Assembly: GCA_026387335.1 (NCBI GenBank) | Contig: JAPLLX010000004.1 | Coordinates: 77,955-141,954, forward strand | Direction of reading: 5' to 3' | Length of the DNA: 64,000 nucleotides | DNA from: Candidatus Omnitrophota bacterium | Lineage (GTDB): Bacteria > Omnitrophota > Gorgyraeia > Gygaellales > Profunditerraquicolaceae | In this document: positions 39,410 through 52,500 of the stretch, in pieces | Layout of the letters: each line of letters opens with the position of its first letter | Position numbering within the stretch: the first letter of the stretch is position 1 | Notes under the pieces: model-generated | What the model was told of the DNA's origin: nothing | The model's input: the letters and a program-made list of their open reading frames with translations, nothing else | Databases searched by the model: none | Translations under genes and position numbers: made by a program

Positions 39410-40096
39410 TTAAACTCTTAAAATTCTGGACAAACCCATAAGATCTGCCCTTTCTAAGTCCATGCCGATACGATATCCGTCACCGTCACGGCCTGACCAG
39501 ACTGCCAGCCCCCTGGCGTAAAGCGGCTCTCCTTTATCCGGTACATGCAGCCAGGCCTCCAGCGGAGTATTCACTTTCAGCTCCTGCTTAAGCGCCAGGC
39601 CTAGGCCTTTAGCGCTTATGTCGCTGGTTTCAGCCTGCATCTCTACCCCACTATTAAGATCAAGGAGCGTTGCCGGAAGCCTTACGTTAAACCTCTGGAA
39701 TATCCTGCGGTCTTCCATATTCTCGCCTCCTTCTTTTTTCGCCAAACTACTCTCCCCGCCTTTTATAATCTCCATCGGGACGCTATCATAAACAAACTTG
39801 TAGATCTTCTCTTTATCCGGGCCAAGTAAATCCGTAAAATAAAGGCCGTAGGTATTATAGCCTTCTACCTGCTTGTGCCAGGCGACCCAGGCCTTAGCCC
39901 GGATAGAAACTCCTTCGGATAGGGTAAGGTCAAACTTTACGTAGGTATCCAAGGCAAGTTTTAAATTCAAAATAACTTGCATGCCTTTAAAATTAATATC
40001 CTTAATCTGACAGGCTACTTCAGAGAGAGCGCCATCCAGCTTAATCTTGGCCTTTTTATTTACCTGCCATCTTGATAATTTCCTGCGTTCCTGCAT
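39410..40096 (-). CDS. Tandem PilZ-domain protein (c-di-GMP receptor-like)
   Basis: Two halves each with RxxxR and D-I-[SN]-x-x-G motifs (ERRKLSR...KDINFKG; DRRIFQR...SDISAKG). Confidence 0.6.
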   Translation of the reverse strand: MQERRKLSRWQVNKKAKIKLDGALSEVACQIKDINFKGMQVILNLKLALDTYVKFDLTLSEGVSIRAKAWVAWHKQVEGYNTYGLYFTDLLGPDKEKIYKFVYDSVPMEIIKGGESSLAKKEGGENMEDRRIFQRFNVRLPATLLDLNSGVEMQAETSDISAKGLGLALKQELKVNTPLEAWLHVPDKGEPLYARGLAVWSGRDGDGYRIGMDLERADLMGLSRILRV

Positions 40097-40453
40097 TTAT
40101 GCGCCTCTCCACCATTGTTTAACTAACTCGCCGGGAAAATTCTCCTGAACATACTGGCCTATCCTGTTCTTTACCGCTTCTTCAATCCGGTTAAAAGAAA
40201 GGCCATAGATATTTCTTTCGCGCGCGTTATCCTGCCAAGCTACGTGCGCTCCGGCATTAAATACTAAATCTTCAGCCAGAGCCAGATTAAAATTTGAGAA
40301 AGCTTCGGGAAAAAGATTCTTGTTCAAAGAAACGCGCATACCGCGGGTGCTGATGTCTTCCACAACACAAGGAATAGGCCTGACCCCTTCTTCAAAGGTC
40401 AACTCTGCTTCTTGATTGATCTGCCACCGCGCTACGCTTCTACGTTCTTCCAT
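40097..40453 (-). CDS. PilZ-domain protein
   Basis: 118 aa; ERRSVAR (RxxxR) and EDISTRG (DxSxxG) motifs. Confidence 0.65.
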   Translation of the reverse strand: MEERRSVARWQINQEAELTFEEGVRPIPCVVEDISTRGMRVSLNKNLFPEAFSNFNLALAEDLVFNAGAHVAWQDNARERNIYGLSFNRIEEAVKNRIGQYVQENFPGELVKQWWRGA

Positions 40454-40535
40454 CGCCCCTCTTTGCCCTAACCTACTGAGGCAAGCTAACTTACCACCAT
40501 TATCCTTCTATTTGCCCAATTCTGCAACAAATAAA

Positions 40536-43500
40536 TTATTTTATTTCATCCGTCATTTTTTTCCCAGGCGGCGCGTGTATTAACCTTAAAAGAAAAAGCC
40601 CTATTTCCCCCAACAGCTCTCTACCTAACTGCCAGCTTATCTTATTACTATTCATTGTAACCGGGCTAGAGATTGATACTCTCCTTATTTCAACATTTAA
40701 TCTTCGGGTATCTATTGCCTGTTCGGGCTGCGGCCCGGTTTTTACTTCCCCGCGCGTCGTCGCCATCGCTCCAAACAGACCCACCACCGGCGAGCTGGAA
40801 AGGATAAGGTAAATTTCCGAGCCTAATTCCTCTTGCAGCGATTGCGCGCCTAATCTAACATTCTCGCTTTCATCACTCTTCCACTGCTGGATATAATCAA
40901 TTATTAACTTCTTAATGGCTAAACTTTCTGTTTCTCGGAATAACCGGCTAATCTTTGGAGCATCATTCTGGTACTTAAGCATACCGTGCATCTTCCAACC
41001 AAGGTTCCCTGAAAAATTCCCCCATATTCTTTCGGGTTCTATTTCAACTAAATAATCCAAAGCCGTATTGGTTCCTCTCTCCCCTTGATGATCCAGGGCG
41101 ATTTTATCAAGTATCCTCAAAGCTTCTTTCATATTCAACTTTTTAATCATTTCAGCGATTCTTTCAATACTGTTGTATTTAATTAAAATACTACCGCTGT
41201 TTTCCCTGAAGAAGAGAATCGCCTCAACAGCTTCCCGATAAGGAAGTTCAGCTAAAAGGGCCATTGCTTCCATCTGGATGACATCTTCTTTAGCGCCCTG
41301 ATAATCTTTGAGCTTGCCAATAACTTCCTGAATATCCTTTCTATTATTAAATATACTGTGCATATTCCTTATCTCTTGCCAAATGTCGTTAAATTTTAAA
41401 AGTTCATCTAAAGTATGAGGTATTTTCCCTTTATAGTATTTACGCCTATTCTCTTCCCAGGGAAGAAAGGTATAGAAGTTTTTATACCCAGGAACACTAT
41501 CTCCAATGTTTAAAGTAGCCAGGATCTTATTCTGATGAAGCCACATGAATTCGGCAATACCGCATTCATCGCCTTTATAGAATTGTGTCTCGGGGGAATG
41601 TGCGGCCATGATAAAATCGGTATAGTATGTTACTGCCGGAGTACTTAAATATAGGTAAACATCTGGCTTAGCGCTTTGTAGAAGTTCTATAAAATCCTTA
41701 AGCATCACTCTTACATAACCAAAGAAATTGCCCCTGATTACCCACCAGGTCTTTCCTTCCTTACTCCTATAGAGCAAGATTTGGTATTTCTTTGTTGAAG
41801 CGGCTCTTAATTCCTCTAAGGTTGGCGGTTGGATAAGAAAAGGCTTTTGAATATCGCCGTAGTCCAACTTAAGGGCAGCTGGATTATCAAATTCTTTGAG
41901 TACTTCGGTAAGAGTACCCGGACCTTCCTTTCTTACCTTTGGAAGTATTATTTTTGGCTTCGCAGAAGACAGGAAAAATCTTTTTTGAAATTCTTCGCTA
42001 AAATTACGTTCGATTATCTGCCAATCAAGTTCTAACGCTCTGCCTCCCGAACTACCATCGTAATCGTAAGGCGACTTCTTGAGTTCGTGGGGGAAAAATA
42101 AAATTTTTATTCCATCGATATCTTCTGTTATGTAGCCCTGTAAGTTAAATAATTTGTTTTCTTTACTAACTGGCGAGCTGGACTGCGGCGCTAGGGGTAA
42201 GCCGGAATTAATTGTTGCGGGCACTCCGCTAACATCAACCTCGCTATCCTTAATAAGCACAAAATTCGTATCAGCTAAAAGGTCTTGAACGTGGATAACC
42301 CCTTCTTGACTGCGCGTATAAAGATATATACGTGAATTTTTAGGCTTCTTTGAAAATTCCAGTACAGGAGCGATAAGCCGGCCATTTTCTTTCAAATGAG
42401 GAAGAATATTTTTAATTCCTCCTTCTGTTATAGCCGCGCTAATTACAATCACATCGAATACCTCACGAAGATTCCTATTCAAATAGTCAAATACGTTTTC
42501 GGTGATTACCTTTACATTAGTAACGCGCTGCCGGACGAGGTTTTCTCCAGCCTCTTTTGCCACTTCTTTGATCAATTCAATACCTATTACCTCTCCCTCT
42601 CGCCCCACCTGGCGGCTTAAGATTGCCAGCGAATATCCGCATCCAGAGCCAACCTCAAGAACACGTTCGCCTAATTTAGGATTAACATTAATCAGCATCC
42701 AATAGATTAACGCAGGCTGTGATGTTGTAGAATCATTGCCAGAAAGATTAATTGCTTCATTGAGATGCGCAAGATGTCGCCGGGCCTGCGGTACAAAGTA
42801 GAATCTCTTTACGGCGCGGAAAGCTTTCCAAAGACGCGGACTATATTTAACCCATAAACCCAAAACCGACTTAACATTTATTAATAGCCTCTTCTGAGAC
42901 CGACTTGCTTGAATACGCTCGGACAACCTATTAAACCATTCTCTTACCGGCGAACTGGAGCGATCAAACGGTGAGGCGGCGGGTTTGGTTGCCGGCGAGC
43001 CGGAGCCGCTATCTTTCCCCTTTTTCTTCTTTTGGCTTGCCTCAAGACGCAGGTTGACGATACAGAGTTTCTCTTCTACTTCATCCAATATTAGCCTGAG
43101 TTCTTGGATTTTTGAATCATGGTTACTGACTTCTGCCGAGAGTAGCGCCCTGTCTTCCTGAAGAACCTGATATCTCATTTCGTATGTGGGAAGTAAACTT
43201 AAAAACTCATCACGCGCATAATTCTGATAATTACTCCTGAACATAGCGATGGCTTGTTTAAAACCTAAGATGATTTCGCTTAGTCTCTGGATTTTCAACT
43301 CAACTTTTTGGATACGTAAAGACAACTCCTTTTGTCTCCTTTCCCATGCCTGGCGGTCCTGACCAGATAACTCCTGCTGGACACGCTGTAATTCTTCCAA
43401 TTTTTCCCTACCGGTTATAAGTTGATATTCCAGCGCAGCTGCCTGCTCTTTAAGTCTAGAGATAGCTTTCTTGTTAAGGGGCTTTTGGTAAAATACTGTC

Positions 43501-46500
43501 CTATCGAATAGTTCTACCCGATAAGAACCACCTAAACGTGGATTAATAATAATTACAATCCTCTTCATTGTTCTGTTCGATAATTCAATGGTCCGGTCTA
43601 GGACAACTTTGGGCTCTCTGCGCCGGTGCTGTCTATAAATCGGCGAGCTGGAGCGGTCCACCGGCGAGCTGGAGACAATGAATTCTTCCCATAATATCGG
43701 TTCTTTCAAGCGGTCATCCCGGCTGACAATCAAACCATGCCTATTCCACAATAAACGATCCAACTCATCATTCAATCTTCCAAAATCATAGATTCTATCA
43801 GGGCCAACTAAGGGTAATAGAAGCCTTAAGTACGCTTCCGTATTACTGGTAATATTAAAATTGTAACCAAAGAATACCCCTTGTAATTGGTAATCTTTGA
43901 TTGCCGTTATGATACCTAGGGCTTTAGCTATACCTTTATATACATCGTGGGGGCCGATATGAAGAGGCAATGGCAAAAACTTGTGATTTTTTATTCCTAC
44001 AAACACACACAAGCTACATCCACTGATACAAGTGGTATAAAGAGCTTCTTCAGCATCATCTTCTATCAATAAATTGTTCGGGTAAATCTCATGCATCATT
44101 TGGCCATCATCGAATTGACGAAACTTTCGGTCAAATTTTACAAAATCCTTTCCGTCAAAGAAATACGAACAACCTCGTTTTAGTTCATTATTCACTACCA
44201 TAGCATCTAAACTAAGGTCTATTAAATACCTTCTGCCCATATCAATAAGATTCTGCCTCGGGGATTCGCGGCTTGCCGACGAGCTAGCGGATTCTTTTCT
44301 CCCACTGAATAACCTGTTATGTTCTTCAAAAACAACCTCTTCGACGCGCGTGTACTGTTTCCAAAGCTTGATGGACAAGACATTCGCCATCCATAAAAGA
44401 CTTAGGGTATTCAATCTTTCCTTTTTTTGTCGCAACGAATCTCCAACGGTATCTCTTATTTGCTCCATTTCTTCGGAATTGAGCGGCGGTATCAGCTTAG
44501 CAAAAACATTGCTTATGGCTTTTTTCACTTGCTTCACCGGCGAACTGGACTGAGCCAGTGGCGAGGCAGTAGAATGTAAACAAGACTCCACTACTGACTC
44601 CAATATTTCTATTTGTTTTTGTTCTGGTAATGTAAAAAGGTAGGGGCTAATTAAAAAGCGCATTAAGGAATGGTCGGCTATAAGAATATACTCCGGAGGC
44701 GCAGTAGCCATATAATACCTAGTCAATATAAAACGCTTTGCTAACTCTTTCCTTATCCCGGAAATAGCCAGGCCATAATCATCGCCATACAGTAAAGAGA
44801 TTGCCTTGGTTAATCTTAATGGCCGCATTTCGCTAAGCTTGGAATGTTCCTCTCGAACAAAACTATCAATTAAGTCAAATTCTACTTTAAACCTTTCAGT
44901 TAATGCTTTCGTTATTCTGCCGATATCAGCCGCATCTATCCTTTTCATCTTAGGAAACAATCTAACTGATAATAATTCATTCAACACTGCTATTTTTATC
45001 TTATCTTTTATATCACTAGAGACGTCTATCGGCGAGCTGGTAGGACTAGAAATTTGTTGTGGGCTTAAAGCCTTAAGGCCTACTGCTATTGCCTCTTCTA
45101 TTTTTCCAACATATTCATCGAGGTTTATGGGATCTAGAATCGTAGTTAGCGTTAAATCAGGTAGGTCGAGTTTGCCGGCAGCCATTAAAGTGTTCAGGGT
45201 TAACTGAAAGCGCAAGGAAATACCTGGCTTAAAACATTCTTTATTTAACCACTTTAAAAAGGATACGAATTCCTGCGGGGTAGAGCAAGGCGGGATAAGA
45301 ATACTCTCTTCTTCCTGTGTGTCAGTCCTGTCAAAACTTATTAAACCCGAATATTCCAAAGCAAAAATTCTATCATCGAAAGCACTCTCTTTCTTATAAT
45401 CTAATTTTGCGCTTATAGTTAGCGGTAACCTGGAATACCGGGCGCCAGGATCAATTTCTTCAAAGAAAACCTGAAGCAGCCTGATTTCTGGCTTAGAGAC
45501 GATCAGATGCCCGGTAGTTTGGCAAACGCGGAATATTTTTTTCAATGCCTCTATATCGTTTATTTCTTTCAGTAAGAGAGGGTAGATTATTCTTTCTTGA
45601 TAACCAGAATTTAAAAATGCACCCCTGAATTTCACGGTGTGGTTTGCTATGCCTTTTAATAACTCTAAATCTTTTACTCGCTTTAACCAAGAGGGAAGAG
45701 TTGTCTGTTCGTAGCTACTAGTATAATCGCCTCTTTTCCTGTGGTCAGAGATCAGCAAACTAACTATCCTTAATTCTTTTATGTCTTTTATTAATCTTAA
45801 CCAGGAATAAAGCGGGCACCTTTCATAACTCCAGGAATCACCATAATTTTCTCTAAAATCAAAAATAAGGGCACTAACTATCTCTAACCATTCTATCCCC
45901 TTATCCTCTAAGTATTTTCTCCATCTATGAGAAATGCCTGCATAATGACGTCGGGCATCAGGATTCTCTTTGTATCCCTCTATAAAATCATCTTCGAGCG
46001 CTTTCAATAATTCTTCTTTTCCTACTGGCGAGCTGGAGCGGAAAATCTCTCCTAGCTTAATCATAAACTGCGAGCTGGGGAAAACGGTACTTTCAGGCGT
46101 CACGACTGGTTTAAGATGCCTTAAAATTTCTTTCCAGTCAGCCCAGGGATGAAATTTGTTATAGAAATTGGGGTGCTGTAAACGGTCGTCAGGTAATTCA
46201 TTTAGATTACTTACGCTAATATAAAAAACATTCCCCGGGCCAAAAATGAGACGGGTAGTCATATAACCGAATTTAGAGGATTCGAAGAGTTGCTGACCGC
46301 GTCCCATAGCCGAAATATAATTATCGTATGCATCAAACTCTTCTTTCGACAAATTCTCCTGAATTTTCTCCCAGAGTTCCCGCTGGTATCTAAATAGCCT
46401 TTTGAATCTTTCATGAATTTTGTTTACCTTGTCATCCTCAAAGATTTCCGCTTTGCTAACACATAACGGTACGACAGCAAAAGTCTTTATCAAATCGGTA

Positions 46501-49500
46501 TAGTGCGCAAGATATCTTTTAAGTATATTTTCTATAGCCCTAGGGTTTGCTGAATTCAGAAGCACATTAGCCACCTCAGGAGAAAGTAAATTATAGGAAA
46601 TGCCAGCTGTCTTAAGCAGACGCTCTTGAAGAATTTCCTGGATACGTCTTTTAGTATTAGCATCTCCGGGTAGCCACCCTTTTGTGAGGAAGTGGTCTAA
46701 CTCCACTCCCTTCTCCCTTAATTCTTCCAAAACATACTTCAAATAAGGGTAAAATGATGGGTCATTATTGTGATCGAGCCTGATCATTATCCCGCTGGGG
46801 AGTGCCTTTTTGAGTAGCTGGATAATATCATTTGCCAGATCTTTAGGCATATGGATTATCTTCTTGCGCGAAGAATTAACAATACAGTGAATGCAGCCGT
46901 GATAACAACCATCCGAAAGGCGAAGAATCGTATTCCCCTGCTGTATCTCAAAGTTGTCAAGAAATACAGCGCATTCCTTTGTCATTTCCACCGGCGAGCT
47001 AGCAAGCGGGTATAGTTTATTTCTAATTTTCTCCAATTTTTCCTCATAAGAAAGACCAGATATCATCTCCAGCAGGCTATTGAATGAACCAGATTTAATT
47101 CTTTCACGCGCTTCCGCCATTAGCTGCTTATTGCTCCAGTAAGTATAAAATTCATTTAAGTGTATTGTATGTTCTTCCGGGTCGGTTCCAAAATAGTATT
47201 CCAAAGATAAATACATCTTAACCCAAGATAGATTATCTCCGAGTCCGGGCTCCTGAATATATACAAATGTTTTATCCAGATCCCGCTTTGCTATGTCTAG
47301 ATATTCGCTACTACCAACAGACCGTAAGTCTATATAATGGATAGTCGCTTCGGCACCCGGATCAACAAAATGTATCTTTACGAATGGTGCGTACCTGCTT
47401 ATCTCTTTGACTCCGTGATTTTTCAATTTCGAGATAATATTACTAGTTAAATCCCGCCAGGATTCAGAATAATTCATCGGTAATAGAAAATCGATATCGT
47501 CCACGGCCGCCAAAGGAACAAAACCAGATTCATCTTGCAAATAACGACAACTTCCCACTAACTTAATTCCACTGCGCACCATTTTAAGAATAGACTCAAG
47601 CAATCCTGTATTTAGCCAATATCCTTCGTCTCTTTGTATTACTAAAGCCGGCGAGCTGGAAAGGCCCTTACTCAAGCGACTATCCGCCCTAACCGCTTCC
47701 TTATCCAATTCCTTAACGAACAACTCAATATAAATCTTATTAAAGTAGCCCATTAGATAATCTTTGAGTTCGTCGTTCAGGGCGCGCGACTCCTCAATAA
47801 TATTCCTTATATCCTCGGCGTAGTCTGTTGCGCGTTGAGCAGTCCATTGAAAACGCGGTAAGGTAAGATTATAAATGCGGTCAAAAACCTTAATTATTTG
47901 CGCTGCTGCGTGATAGGACGATCTCCCTGCTAGAATCCTATTTAAATACTCTTTTTCTGTTTCACCCGGCCTCTTGGTAACAATTTCTAAAATTCTATAA
48001 ATCTGATTAGTCTTTCTAAAACTAAAACCTGAATTAATAAATAGCCTGATATAGAGTTGTATCCATAACCAAGGCACCGATTTTCCTTCATCCCGATATT
48101 CCTCAATAACATCATGCAGCAGGGTGGCAGCAATATATACATTTAAAGGCAATCCTAAGGCAATGAGATTATTTTTAAATTTCTCACTTTCCAGGATTTT
48201 ATCTACCTCGTCTAAGGTAACGCCTAAAGGATGCATAAAGTAGGGATAGTTCAGGAACTCACGGACGCCATGACGATGTATGCGTTTGGCAAATTTATAA
48301 GCAAAAGAAGGAAGCATTATGTCCCATCCGGACATTATTTTAAAAAGGTTTTGTTCTAGCCTTGCATAGTTCTCCTTAAACCACGCCTCAAAATCAGTAA
48401 TGGGCCAGTATTGATAAAGAAAGATGTCAATAGAGTGAATGCCTTTTTCTAAAAAGGTAGCTTTGGCTTTGTGTATTAGTCTTAATTCCGGGAAGAAACG
48501 AAACCGCTTTTTTCCAGTGGTCAATAAATACCCTCCTGGCCTTAGCCTACGATATAATTCAGAGGCAATAATGAACGTATTAATAGGAAGATGGCCCTCT
48601 TGCTTATCTTCAAGAATATACTCTAGGTAGTTATAAAGAATAAGGTAAAAAATTTCCTCCTCTCCTAAATCTGTTTGAATCTTAACGAAATCGTTTACCT
48701 CTTTTTTAACTTTCCAGGTTCCGTCTGCTACTTTATTAAAATATTCCTCACGAAAATCTTCTATTTCTTTAGCGCTAAAACTATTTTCACTTAAGGATTG
48801 AAAATGTTCCTCAAGATATGCGCCTTCGAATGCTTTATCAAGATCTTCTCTGCTAGAATCAAAAGCAATAACCTCAAAGTTACTCTGCCCTAGCTTTATA
48901 CCCTCTTTCTTGACGCATACCAAGAAAGCAATCACCATACGGTGAGGCTCAGCTAAGGTAAAGAGGCCGCCTATTTTACGTACCGCTCCCCAACTCAACG
49001 CCCGAATCTTCGGGGTATCTCCATTCTTAAGGCTATCTAAAATAAGCGGATAAACCTTGAGAAGCTCTCCAAATACGCCTCCTTCTTTCCCTTCAGGCCC
49101 CGTATTAAATAAGCAAAATCGATATTTATTTGACGTCTCCGCCGGCGAGCTGGTGCCATATGGAGCTATAATAAGATGTGGCGGTGAAAATCTATCTTTA
49201 ATCATCTCTTCTGTGATAACGATTTCACCTTCTATAATTTTATCTTGGAGGTAATTTAAGAATTCTCTTAAATCAATCAAATCTTCCTTAGACAGCTTTT
49301 CGATATTACTAGGATAGGTAAACCGGGAAGGAATATTGATTAATTGTAAAATCCAAAAGCCCTCACGATATCTTTTTTCAAGATCACAAATTAGTTTATC
49401 TATATAAGCACATAACCCGGAGCGACCCCACCAAAAGCCTTCTTCACAAGCACAGATTCCTATTATTTTTCTTTCCCGGCCGCTTTCAATACATATATCC

Positions 49501-52500
49501 CAAACCTCATTAAAAGGGTAAAGAAAATTAACATTCTTTTCCCTATGATTGAAAAGTAATTCTCTGTACTTATCCCCTATATCACCAATAGAGATTAGTC
49601 CGGTATCAGTAGATAATGCCTTACGATCGACTATTAAATTAACATCTATATCTTCTATATCTTTCATGTTAACCCGTCCGTCTTGCGCCCGGTAGAGCGC
49701 ACTGCCAAATAATTCTACATTTTTTATGGCTTCTGGGATACCCAAGCATTCTTTAGTTATTTTAGATATCTCTTTAAGAACCGTCCAAAGTTTATAGATA
49801 TTTAACCATGGCTCTGCATCCTCTTGTTCTATGAGAGGTAGTTTTTTGGCTTCTTCCCAGTTTTTAGGTATAGCGGAGCGAACCACTGGGCTGGAACCAA
49901 CTTTGCTTAATTCACATAAGCCTATCAACACGTGAATATCCAGCTTGTGGAAGGAGGCAAGGCCGGGGAATTTCGAGCTTCGGAGTTTAAGCAGGAGATC
50001 TCTGGCTAAGTAGGGATAGTTAGCTATAAGCCTTCGTGCAGCAAGATAGGCTGCTAACGAAGCGTTGGAATCCCCTACTTTTATAAGGAAGTCGTAGATT
50101 TCATAGGCTAAGCCTATGTCTATCCCTTCTAACTCCTCTGCTATTTTGCTGGCTTCGTGAATGTCATCCCAAATTCCGTTAAAATTACCTTCGCCACTCT
50201 CTGTATCATCCTTGGCTCTTTGGGCATAAGCTATAGCATCTAATTGTAGTCTCTTTGCAGGAGACGGGTTGATGAGGTTTACTACTGGAGAACTGGATAA
50301 AACAAAACCAGGCTTCCTGGCCCGTAATTCCAACATTTTACTTATGTCTAAATTCTGACTTTTAACCCTGGCATTTTTTATTTCAATATTTGTAAAACCT
50401 TCAAACGCCTTCCCTAAAGATTCATAGTCGAAGAACCGATAAATAATTTCTTTGTGAATAACGAACAGGTCTTCATTAATCCGCAAACCCCTGCCATATC
50501 TTTTATCGGATTTAGAATACACTATAACAAAAACCTTCCCTCCCGGCTTAAGCACCCGCCGGATTTCATCAACTGTGTGTCTCATCTGGCTATCATTTAA
50601 AAAATAGAGGCTGGCATTGGCAATGACTACATCAAATTCTTCATCAGGAAAGGGGAAAGGTTTTAGAAAATCTTGGATACGGGCAAACAACCTGTCCGTG
50701 ATATTATGTTTACTTGCTTCCTTAGACATATAATCTAGGCAAACTGGAGAAATATCCGTAGCTGTTACCAAACAACCCATTTGCGCTAAAATAACGGCGT
50801 CCTGCCTGCAGCCGCAACCTAAATCAAGCACCTTTTGGCCTTTTTTGATCAACTCTTCATTTAACAGCCTACCTAAAAATTCGCTCTGAGGTAATCTTCT
50901 ATTTTTCCAGATACGGGACCATAAAACTTCATGCCTGTTATAAAGCTCTTCCGTATTCACCGAGTTAATTGACGAGCTGGTGCCGTTATTTAATTTGTCC
51001 GCAAGGAAATTAACCAATTCCTCAGAGGCGTCTATAACTTTTATGTCTTTACCTAAAATCTCCTCAATTAAATCTTTGATAGAACTGTAGTGGCTACATC
51101 CTAAAATCAAAACTTTTATCCCCAATGACTTTAGTTCTTCCAAAGGTTGCTTAATTAATCTTTTTATTTCGGCTTTCCCCCAAGCTTGAATTGCTACATG
51201 CTCTCCCTCTCTCATGGTGCGTTCTATTGTTTTTACTACCGCATCGGGAAGAGCCTTGGAAAATACGCTTAGTTCGCTATTCCCTCTTATTAAAGCATCC
51301 TCAAATGCGCCGCTTTGAATAGTCCGCGCGGTAGCAATTACTCCAATTTTTTTACTCTGGGGTAATTCTAGGGCTAGGGCAGCTTTTACCGCGGAATCAA
51401 TGAAACCGAATACTTCTATGCGGTATTTTTTAAGCAATTCTCGTGCCTCTTCCGGAAAATGGGCCGTGATCGTTCCGCAGGCAATAACAATTTTAAAAGG
51501 ATCGTATTTTTCTATGATATCTCTGATTGCCTCGCAGGTAAGGCGCTGGATTTCTGCTGCGGGCTTAGAGCCAAGAGGCGCTTGCTGCATATTCCAGTAA
51601 TATATATACTTGTGAGGTAATCGCCGACGAATCTCATCGAATCCCTTCCTACCGCCTTCACCCGAATCTAAAACCGCTATTGAACCGTTCCTTCTCACCG
51701 TTGAACTGGAACGGCAAGTCAGTTCATTCATCAACCAAATGGTCGCGGGTATGCGCTTAAGGCCATTTATTAAAGGAACGCAAATCTGGTTGCTGCTATC
51801 CGGGTCATACTCATCTACTGAAAAACTTAATTTCCCTTGAAGTAACTCAAAATCATTACCTCTACGGCCAGCCCTATCTCCTATTTTTACTATAGCGTCA
51901 ATGGGAACCCCTAACCTCAAAGATAAATCTTTTAGAGGTAACCCCTTATTTACCTCTAGAGGTAAAATTTCAATGGCTATGCTTGTTCCTTTTGCGTGAG
52001 CAGCAATTTGATACTTTAGAAATAATTCTTCCAGGTGCCTCTGTCTGTAGGCTATCAGATTCTGTTTAGGCGGAACAAGGGTAATTTTATGATCAGTCAG
52101 GGACGCGGACCAATAACTAAAATCTAAGGCATCTGAATATTTAGGTTTTGTAAAATATGCCTGCCAGGAAGGCTCTCGACAAACTAACGCCGGTCCTGTC
52201 TTTATGAATCTTGCGATCTCTTTACGCAACTCATCAGCGAATATTATTTCATAATAAATTTCTCTTGTTCCCATATTATAACCGACTGCCCCGCCCGAAT
52301 GATAGAGATGAACCCTATTGAGTTTTTCACCATTTAGTATCCACGGTTTTAATTGTGGCCTTAAGACAGTTTCTATATACTCCGGCGAACCGCCTGTTGC
52401 TATCGCAAAGTCTTTTTCTATCTCCAGATTTCTATCCATCGCTGCAAACATTTCAGCCTGAAATATGCCTTCAAAGAGCGTCCCATCAAAATCGCTGATT

